A model generated the notes under the pieces. It saw only the letters and a program-made list of their open reading frames with translations, was not told where the DNA came from and did no database searches. This document shows, in pieces, positions 54,626-64,000 of a stretch of DNA of 64,000 nt. Each line of letters begins with the position of its first letter. Position 1 is the stretch's first letter. Made by a program: the position numbers and the translations under genes. Source of the DNA: Octopus sinensis (taxonomy: Eukaryota); contig NC_043000.1 of NCBI RefSeq assembly GCF_006345805.1, positions 154,938,001-155,002,000 on the forward strand. The letters are read 5' to 3'.

Positions 54626-55109
54626 TATATATGTGTGTGTGTATGTATATGTATGAATATGTGTGTTCATATCTATCATATATATATATGCACACAAACA
54701 TATAAAAGTTGAGTGATGTTTCTTGGGATTGGGTGTGTATGTATATACAGTCCTGGTGAAAAGTCTGAATACATCGATGGAATTTACTGATTTTCACTTC
54801 TCTGAATACATTTTAAAGATAAAAATCGTTGTAGTTTTTACAAGTGTTTGCATGGAACAAAGTTAATATATATATATATGTGATGTATTAATAGGCGGGG
54901 AGCTGGCAGATCATAAGTACGCCTGGCAAAATGCTTAGTGACATTTCATCTGTCTTCATGTTCTGAGTTGAAATGTCACAGAGGTCGACCTTGTCCTTCA
55001 TCCATTTTGGGGTCGATAAAATAAGTACCAGGTAAAACTGGGGTCGATGTAATAGGCCTATCTCTCCCCTTTAACTGCTGGCTTTGTGCCACAATTTGAA
55101 ATCGGTATA

Positions 55110-55517
55110 TACTCTTTTACTCTTTACTCTTTTACTTGTTTCAGTCATTTGACTGCGGCCATGCTGGAGCACCGCCTTTAGTCGAGCAAATCGACCCCGG
55201 GACTTATTCTTTGTAAGCCCAGTACTTATTCTATCGGTCTCTTTTGCCGAACAGCTAAGTGACGGGGACGTAAACACACCAGCATCGGTTGTCAAGCAAT
55301 GCTAGGGGGACAAACACAGACACACAAACACACACACATATATACATATATATACATATATACGACAGGCGTCTTTCAGTTTCCGTCTACCAAATCCACT
55401 CACAAGGCATTGGTCGGCCCGGGGCTATAGCAGAAGACACTTGCTCAAGATGCCACGCAGTGGGACTGAACCCGGAACCATGTGGTTGGTAGGCAAGCTA
55501 CTTACCACACAGCCACT
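55110..55517 (-). mobile_element. Family A SINE
   Basis: Near full-length match. Confidence 0.95.
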
Positions 55518-55751
55518 ATGAAGTATTATAATATATAAATAATATATCATTTCATAGTTCCCATCGCTTTTTAACATTTGAGATACTACAAGGTACACCA
55601 ATATTTTGCGAATTTATAGAATTGCTTCCTGGAGAGATCAGTTATGAACTCATGCTCAAAAAATATCTCTGTTGAGGTTGTCGATACATATTTGTCGCGA
55701 TTCCTTCAAGAAGATGGATGGACTTCATCTAGCAGATCAGGTAGATTTTTT

Positions 55752-55987
55752 TGACAAATCTCTTGTTGTTGCTGTTGTTGTTAAGCAGCTAGATGGATAG
55801 GGGTGATTAGGTGATGGTCTAGGGCTTAGGGGGCGGGAGACCCCAGACCTTGGAAAAAAGAAAACTTTGGTCGTCTTGTAATCGAGGGCTCTTCGTTGAC
55901 GCCCGACACCACTGGGAGGTGGCCCTCGAAGTCGCTGGAAATGGAGATCTCCAGGTCCAAATTCTTGAACGGCTGACAAATCTCTTG
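55752..55987 (-). mobile_element. Short non-LTR 3' fragment with (CAA)n tail and 14-bp TSD
   Basis: TGACAAATCTCTTG at 55752-55765 and 55974-55987 flanks a GC-rich insert ending in AACAACAACAGCAACAAC on the minus strand. Confidence 0.85.
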
Positions 55988-56806
55988 AAAGAGCTTGCTT
56001 ATTGTGTTGTATCTTCATTTAATTGTATGACAGGCCAAAAAAATTCAGGTGCAGCTCTTATATAATATTTCACCTGTATCAAAATATTCAAGCGAGCTAG
56101 TTGCAAGACGTTCAGCGAAAGAACAAGGCTGATACGGTAAACACCAATGATTGCTTGAAATGGTGCAAGAATAAATTAAACTGTAATAAGGAAGACTACC
56201 TTGTAATTATATTTATTAAAAAAAAATTAATTAGGTTAATTTGCGTCAATTTTCGTTTTAGTTATCATAGTTATTTGTATTATTTGTATGCGATGATTCA
56301 GACTTTTATTTAGTAAAACTTCGACTATATATGGAGTGGAAGATTATTTAATAAATAAAAATAGTTTACTTGAGGTACTAGACCCCATTTTACTCATATG
56401 CCTTTCTAAATGTGATTTTGTGTGTGTGTCTGTGCTATATATATATATATATGTATGTCTGGTGTGTGTGTGTGTGTATGTATGTATACATTTATTTCGC
56501 TTAGGCACTGCGAGACCAATAACTCGGTGTGCAACTCAATATATGTAGGATTCAGAACGAAGTGCTGGCTGAGTATAGAGAGGTAATAGATGAAAAAAAA
56601 AAAAAAACGATTATCTTATGAACTTCAGGTTTATGAGATAATCATTTGTCCCTTGGTGATCTCTCTTTCTTATATATATATATATATATATATGGTCTCT
56701 TTCTCATATATACAAACTTGATTATAAAAGACAAGCGGATCTCCACGTCTCTCTGTCCGTCGCAACATCAATAGAAAAGAAGGAAAGAAGTGGAGGAGGA
56801 AAAGTT

Positions 56807-56848
<42 letters not shown>

Positions 56849-56957
56849 GAATTGTTGTCACCATAGTAACTATCAAGTTTTGATTTCATACGCGGGAATT
56901 TTAAGTGCAAGTAAATACAACGGAACACAAACTTCAGAGAACGACAATACATATATA

Positions 56958-57141
56958 CGAGGGGGTGTTGAAAAAGTTTCTGGCTTTCGGTCAAAGAAAA
57001 TACAAGAATTACGATTTTATTATTCCTCTCTCAGATTCACACACTTATTTCAGCAACCCTGTAAAAGATCTCGGAAAGTTGGGCCTCCAACCAGGTCTTT
57101 TGCGATGCCCTTAAAACCAGGAACTTTTCAGCACCCCTTCG
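56958..57141 (-). mobile_element. mariner-derived MITE
   Basis: TA|CGAGGGGGTGTTGAAAAAGTTTCTGG ... CCAGGAACTTTTCAGCACCCCTTCG|TA. Confidence 0.9.
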
Positions 57142-57251
57142 TATATGAAATATTTTTATTTTTCTCTCTCTCTTTCTGTGTTTCTGTATGACTTTCAACG
57201 TATAGACAAAGCAACATAGATTTCAAAAAATAACTATGTATATATGTATAT

Positions 57252-57786
57252 GTAACCCAGTACAACCTGTTGCATGGTCGGGTCGTCGGCGACTAAACCG
57301 GCAACCCCACCAAGCTTGCTTGGTGAGGAGGGTGTTTATTGGACACCCTCCGGGATGAAAATCAAAACCCATCAAAGGGTGGAGGAACTCTTGAGAGTCA
57401 AAGGCCATCCAATAAATGTCTTAAGGCTGTATCATGCGCGGGGACATAGAAATAATCGGACTGAGTACCCGATCGCGCGGTTAAACCATTAGGAGTGAAG
57501 GACTCCTAGCCTTTGTTAGGGCATCCTTCTAGGAGAAGGTAACTTAGGTAACTGGGATAACTCCGACATAAAACCTGCGGCTCAGTGGTTACCGATGATG
57601 TTGACTTGTTCTTCTTTTCGGATTATGGCTGCTGTTGCTTAGTGAGTGGGATTGACTCAGTGCACAGCCTTTCCTCACTTTAAAAAATATCTTCTTGCAC
57701 AGGCATTGCACAATAACAACATTGATTAAGCTTTGTGCAATGGCCATACTCGATAACGAGGGGGCAGCCACCATGTATGTATGTAT
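57252..57786 (+). mobile_element. Bipartite non-autonomous RTE-derived element (5' UTR-like body + LINE 3' tail)
   Basis: Body contains CTAGGAGAAGG...AACTC...AAACC, recalled as RTE 5' UTR-like; the last ~50 nt match the LINE tail at 49801-49850; ends in ATGT repeats. Confidence 0.7.
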
Positions 57787-58833
57787 AATCTCCTTTTCTT
57801 ATCTCGTATTCTGTTACTAGTGTTGTAAACATCAATCACTCTCTCATGCGCAGTGTATGCGTTTTGCTTGTTCGCCGGCTCGCTGCCGAGTAACGCCTAG
57901 GAGACGACTTTCTCATTATGATGGGTGTTAAAAACACCTGGAAGTCAAAGACAGGCGAGACAACTTGCCTCCGATTCCATTCAGGAATGATGGATACTGA
58001 TATTTCACCATTTTTGTGGCTTATCAACATCAAACACCTGAACCGAACCAGGGACGAATTGAATCGCCTGTAATTATATAAATTGTGTAAAACTCATTTG
58101 CTGGTATGCCACGGCGATGCAAACGTAAGATTAAATAATATCGGATACAAACGCAGAAACACAAAAATAATTTACACACATGGAGGACATGAGTTTACAC
58201 ATATACTCATATTAATATATAAACGCAAAATCTATTTTATTCATTTAATTCCTTCAGTCTCTCTCTCAAATGTTTCTTTCCTTCTCATACACAAATACGC
58301 ATACAAATAACTAGATATATTGATATGTAACAGCTTTTTTTTTTCAAGATAATCTTCACGAAACAAATCAGTTAAGTATTTAGTTTAAATGAAGTATCGA
58401 TTTGCTTCGTTTGGGTTTAAACTTCTTCTGACATTACAAAGCCAATGTTTAAATTAATGGGGATAGGGATAAGTGAATCGATTTGTCAGGCTTTTACAGA
58501 TGCTTATTTCATTTGACTCTAGAAATGGACAAAAGATAACCCCTCTTTGCGGTTTCACCTGAGAACCGAGAAGGTTAAAACAAAATGTGATAGATTTAGT
58601 TCAGCGCTGTGCTACCTCACTTAACTACTGCGCTACCTAGAAACGTTTACAACCCCTGTAGTCAATGGAGTGAGCATCTATGTGGTCGTTCGACCTGATA
58701 GAAGTAGTAGACAAATCTCACTCATATTACATCCCATAATCTTAAAAAGAAACAACACTTTAAACAAATGCAGTCTGAAAAAATTGACGGGATGGCTATG
58801 GTTCGAACTGCTTTTGGTCTTATATCTTCAGAA

Positions 58834-59034
58834 CAGTGGCTTTCAACCAGGGTTCCGCCAGTACAGTCCAGGGGTTCCGCAAGAAGTTACAAAAATGCTA
58901 AAATCGACAGTAATTTTTAGTTCTCCTGTGCAGATATGTGTGCATAAGACAATTAAATTATTGCACAGGGGTTCCTCGAGCCAGTGGAATGTTTCCTTGG
59001 GGTTCCGCTCCAGCAAAAAGGTTGAAAAGCACTG
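58834..59034. mobile_element. hAT (Charlie-like) MITE
   Basis: TIRs CAGTGGCTTTCAACC / GGTTGAAAAGCACTG; 8-bp TSD CTTCAGAA / CTTCAGAC; subterminal GGGTTCC repeats. Confidence 0.92.
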
Positions 59035-60351
59035 CTTCAGACAAAACAACACCAGTATGAAATAACTGAATTAATGCGCACCTCCCAATTTTCCCCTCCA
59101 ATAATATATCTGGTCTTTGAACCTAGTATATAATATAACAAAATACTATCTCCGAGGGAATTAATTTTATCCACTGTTTGTAAAACCGAAGATTTTCAAA
59201 ATGTTTTAGTAAATGATATTTTAGTTAAAACTCATGCATTGATTTTCTTTGTTGTTGCACCGTTGAAAGCGATAAGGTGAGACTTTTGGGTTGCCAACGG
59301 ATCGCCTCAGAGTAATAGTCTAGAGTGGAAAGCTTTGACTCCGCTCTCTACACTATCGAAATACTTATGAAATTTCAGCGCTCCTATTGTTCACATTGTC
59401 GAAACCCTTCTAAACATAGTGCTTAATCGTAGTTATGTAGGCCAAGTAATTGGGAGTTTAAGTCTCATCGTATTGTACGCGACTCATTGCTGCTGGCTGT
59501 TAGTGTTCGATCGATCAGCACTTCGGAATATATGATCTCGAATTGCATCTCTTAACTGGAATATTACAACAAAGCTCTTCGAGAATCACAAATTTTACAT
59601 GCTGTATTTCGTTTAGCTGTTGGAAACAGTCTTAATACCGAAGTTTCATAGCCATGTGATTCATACAAATGTTCACTTTCAAATTAAATTTAATCTAAAA
59701 TCGGAAATTTATGTGCAAAATCAGTTTTTAGTATTTACTTCATTTGTGTATATTTTGTGCTTGTGTGTATAATTAAGTGGGTATTCGCAAGGTCTTCGTC
59801 ACATGAACATATGTACTCTCACAGCTCTTTTCAGAGATTGTGATTATATTTGCGATGAAAAACGACGATCTTTATCGAAGACATAAAAGAAATATACAGG
59901 AGTTATTTATAAAAAGGAGGGCAGCGGCCTCCTAGGAAAATAAGCAGCTGGTAAAAGTCAATTTCTTTAAGAAAAATGTGGACCGAGAAGACACCGGAAA
60001 TCAGATCCGAAAATTTGTTACTGCGTAAAAGGTCACCCAAAGAGTAAGTAGTGGAGTTAAACATGATTTGTGTTAGGCCTACCACACAAAATGGAGATAT
60101 TTTAGTTAAATGATTTATTCTTGTTTTATACAATCTAAGATATGGAAAGGATATGTAACAAAGATTGATTTCCTATATGCAACACACCCAACAGTGTAAA
60201 TTTAACTGATATGAGAAATTAGATATTCATGGTTTTTTTTACAAGGCTTTCGCAAGATCACTAAGGAAAAATTGCTCTCAGTGGCAATATGTAAAAAGAA
60301 AGCGAGTCAGTGTACGGCGTTTTCTCGAAACTGCTGTACAATATAGACATA

Positions 60352-60585
60352 TACTCTTTACTCTCTTTTACTCTTTTACTTGTTTCAGTCATTTGACTGC
60401 GGCCATGCTGGAGCACCGCCTTTAATCGAGCAACTCGACCCCGGGACTTATTCTTTTTGTAAGCCCAGTACTTATTCTATCGGTCTCTTTTGCCGAACCG
60501 CTAAGTAACGGGGACATAAACACACCAGCATTGGTTGTCAAGCAATGCTAGGGGGACAAACACACACACACAAACACACACACGC

Positions 60586-60635
<50 letters not shown>

Positions 60636-60798
60636 CGACAGGCTTCTTTCAGTTTCCGTCTACCAAATCCATTCACAAGGCTTTGGTCGGCCCGAGGCTA
60701 TAGTAGAAGACACTTGCCCAAGATGCCACGCAGTGGGATTGGACCCGGAACCATGTGGTTGGTAAACAAGCTACTTACCACACAGCCACTCCTGCGCC
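60352..60798 (-). mobile_element. Family A SINE, full length
   Basis: Full-length match. Confidence 0.95.
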
Positions 60799-61329
60799 TA
60801 TCTCAAACCTTATAAACCAAAGGAAACCTTGTGTTAAAAAAATCAAAAGCAAATAAGAAAAAATCTGCTGAAGATATAATGAATAAATCACACTTGTTAG
60901 CACATTTGTTGCAAGATTTCTAAGTGTTTTAGGGTTGGATACAAAAACTTACTCGTCTCAACTGGGGAAAATAAGACATATATCTTCTAGGAACGTCATC
61001 GATAAAAAAAATGGATCAATATGCGGAAGCAGATCTGTCTTTCCAATAAGCATCAAAGCTAAGCCACGCACCATTTTTGTAATTCCTCTGGGGCTCGTGG
61101 TGTGTGAATCTATATATTTTGATGTTTAAATGTTTAAAATACTTTAAAAGTTGAACTCACCAGAAAAAATGTATGATTTACATTATAGATGACTTCAATT
61201 TATGTTATATGTACTCCTTCTTTTGATCCACACGCGCAAGCAAGGAATCTGAAAGAAGAAGAAGAAGAATAAAAAGCATTATATATAAATGTAAGTGTAT
61301 TTAAGAAGATAAAAAGCTTAAAAGCTTAC

Positions 61330-61925
61330 CCTTCGCTCGCAAACAAATAGGACCTGATAGCGTGTGCCACGCGTTTTCCTGTTTGCTTTAAGTGTCTACG
61401 CATTCGCGAGCAATCACAAATGCCCTCTCGGCTACCCGACCCTTGACTGAGCAGAAACCAATGTTTTGACAACATGAGAAAGAGAGGGAGAGAGAGAGAG
61501 ACAGAGACAGAAAGAGAGAGAGAGTGTGGGGAGGAAGAGAGAGAGAGTGGGGAGGAAGAGAGAGAGCTGCAGCTGTAGTCAGCAAGTTCTCATTTACTGC
61601 TGAGTAAACTGGGTCAACGTAAAATGATGTGGTCCTTAAGGATACAACACCCCGTCCCTCCCGCCCTTCCCCGCCCTTCTCTGCCCTGATCTCGCCCTTC
61701 CCTACCCTGACCCCGCCCTTCCTTGCCCTGACCCCGCCATTCCCTGCCCTGACCCCGCCATTCCCTACCCTGACCCCACCATTCCCTGCCTTGACCCCGC
61801 CCTTCCTTGCCTTGACCCCCGCCCTTCCCCGCTCTGACCCCGCCTTTCCCCGCACAAGAATTGAATATACAACTTTATGATAGTGACGTGACCACCCTGA
61901 CCATTAGGCATGCAGCGTCACATAA
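61330..61925 (-). promoter_or_regulatory. Possible promoter and non-coding first exon of a minus-strand gene
   Basis: Donor AAGG|GTAAGC at 61330/61329; CpG-richer unique DNA; CCAAT at ~61458; GC-box minisatellite; TGACG half-sites at ~61884 and ~61916. Confidence 0.35.
61650..61852. repeat. 21-bp GC-rich minisatellite, ~9 units
   Basis: Consensus CCCTGACCCCGCC(C/A)TTCCCTG. Confidence 0.95.
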
Positions 61926-62121
61926 ACATACACTAATACACAGGCAAATAGACGTATAAAAGAAAGATAAGAACTCTCCACAATTGTCAGGTGGTTAAAC
62001 ATTTGTACTAAAAGTTTAACTTTTATTTGTTGTATTAGATAATTAAACAGACGATAAAAGCACGTCTGAGATTTTGGATGCAATAATACACACACACGTG
62101 GACACACACACACACACACAC

Positions 62122-62164
<43 letters not shown>

Positions 62165-62234
62165 GTCTATCCTTCCATCTATCTGCATGTTTGCCTGTCT
62201 ATTTACTGATGCATATATACACACATGTGAATGC

Positions 62235-62552
62235 ATGTAGCTTAGTGGTTAGAGTAATCCGCTCGCGATCGTAAGGGCGTGATTTCGATTCCCGGCGGCA
62301 CGTTGCTTCCTTGAGCAAGACACTTTATTTTACGCTGCTCTAGTCCACTCAGCTGGCAAAAACAAGCAGTACCTGTATTTCAAAAAGGCTGGCTTTGTTA
62401 CATTATATGTCACGCTAAATCTCCCTGAAAACTACGTTAAGGCAATGCGTATCTGTGGAGTGCTCAGCCACTTGTACGTTAATTTTACGAGCAGGCTGTT
62501 CCGTTGATCGGATCGAATGGAACCTTCGTTGTCGTAACCGATGGAGCACCAG
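62235..62552 (+). mobile_element. SINE: CORE-like head H2 + tail T2
   Basis: TAGCTTAGTGGTTAG, TTCGATTCCC, CCTTGAGCAAGACACTT...AGTCCACTCAGCTG, then the tail of 29322-29500. Confidence 0.9.
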
Positions 62553-62774
62553 TGCCATATACACACATATATACAAATATATATATATATATATTATATA
62601 CATATATCTACCTATTTACATATATATTTTTTTCTACTCTAGGTACAACGCTCGAATTTCTTTTTTGTTGGGGACAGTCAATTAGATCGAACCTAGTACG
62701 TAAATGGTACTTAATTTATCGAACCCGAAAAGATTAAAGGCAAAGTCGACCTCAGCGGAATTTGAACTCATATT

Positions 62775-62859
62775 TTGCCTCGGGCCAGGCTAAGCCTTGT
62801 GGGTGGATTTGGTAGACGGAAACTGAAAGAAGTTCGTCGTATATATGTATGCATATATT

Positions 62860-62899
<40 letters not shown>

Positions 62900-63110
62900 T
62901 TCTGTGCTTGTCTCCCCACCATATCTTGACAACCGATGTTGGTATGTTTACGTCCCCGTAACATAGCGGTTCCGCAAAAGAACCGATAGAATAAGTACTA
63001 GGCTTACAAAGAATAAGTTCTGCTGTCGATTTCTTCAACTAAAGAAAAACCCTTTAAGGTGATGCTCCAGGATGGTTGCAGTCAAATGACAAACAAGTAA
63101 AAGTAAAATA
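62775..63110 (+). mobile_element. Family A SINE, 5'-truncated, diverged
   Basis: GGATTTGGTAGACGGAAACTGAAAGAAG ... GCAGTCAAATGAC. Confidence 0.9.
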
Positions 63111-63358
63111 AAAGAATATATATATATATATATAATGTTTCAGCCTTGAGGCAGCGACCATGCTGGGGCACCGCCAGTGTAATCATCTTTTAATTGGCCA
63201 ATTCTATTTGTTTGGCTTTTGGTGAAGGAGGGAGTTCGACACACGTGTGTGTGTGTGTGCAATCTTTTTAACCATTCATTAAATTATTGTTTATACTGTA
63301 CATTAGCTTATCTGACCATCAAATCAACGTTTCCCGAAAAGAGACAAATATTTCTTGT

Positions 63359-63400
<42 letters not shown>

Positions 63401-63465
63401 GTAATTATTCATACATGCGTATAAAACAATATATATGTGAGTGTGTGCAAACACACACGTAGAAG

Positions 63466-63519
<54 letters not shown>

Positions 63520-64000
63520 TACAAACATACACGCATATATTTAATCTATATGAAATATATATCGTTTATTATAGGCACAGCATGGAGGAGCGGTCAAGTA
63601 CGTCTCTTTGTAACCATTTAGTTTTTTCAACTTCATCGTTAAAAACATTTACTTTAAATACTAAGCTGGCTTCGTTCAAAATAATCCGGTGAATATTAGT
63701 TCTTATGATGCTATGAGAATGAAAGTGGTTGCTTTAACCAAAATCTGGTTTCCAGTTTACAAAAAGTTGAGAGTTATATATTTTTCAGTAAAAATAAATC
63801 TATTAAGAAATGGTTGTAAAATAGTGCACAATAGAACTCCGTCTAACGTGTGAACTTGTCAATTACTAAAATTCGATTCACCAGTTATTTGAATTCCTAA
63901 GTGACTTCAGCAAAGCATGGCTTTTTACTATTCAGGTGTATCGAAGAGTAATACAAGTGAGTCAGAACAACTAACTGAAAATACACAAGACAGTAATTTT

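Overview
Eukaryotic, AT-rich, repeat-dominated DNA with no intact protein-coding gene. The SINE families and the extreme (TA)n/(CA)n/(ATGT)n/(TAA)n density strongly suggest an Octopus (coleoid cephalopod) genome; this is inferred from the repeat landscape, not from a search. The ORF track is almost entirely microsatellite or SINE artefact. Content: about 40 tRNA-derived SINE copies built from interchangeable head and tail modules; relics of pogo/Tigger, mariner, DD37D-like Tc1/mariner, hAT and Helitron DNA transposons; RTE, R4/Dong-like and HERO/R2-like non-LTR fragments; and a possible minus-strand first exon and promoter near 61.3-61.9 kb. The most notable signal is a set of self-cleaving-ribozyme motifs in short retroelement pieces. 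Several minimal type I hammerheads sit in Penelope-like fragments next to (TA)n tracts: one canonical at 35415-35497, one with a compensatory U3-A8 core at 51669-51710, and weaker ones. Two HDV-like pseudoknot candidates also occur: a duplicated motif in a retrozyme-like ~348 bp tandem layout at 48354-48857, and one heading a bipartite RTE-derived element at 57257. All boundaries were read by eye and are approximate.
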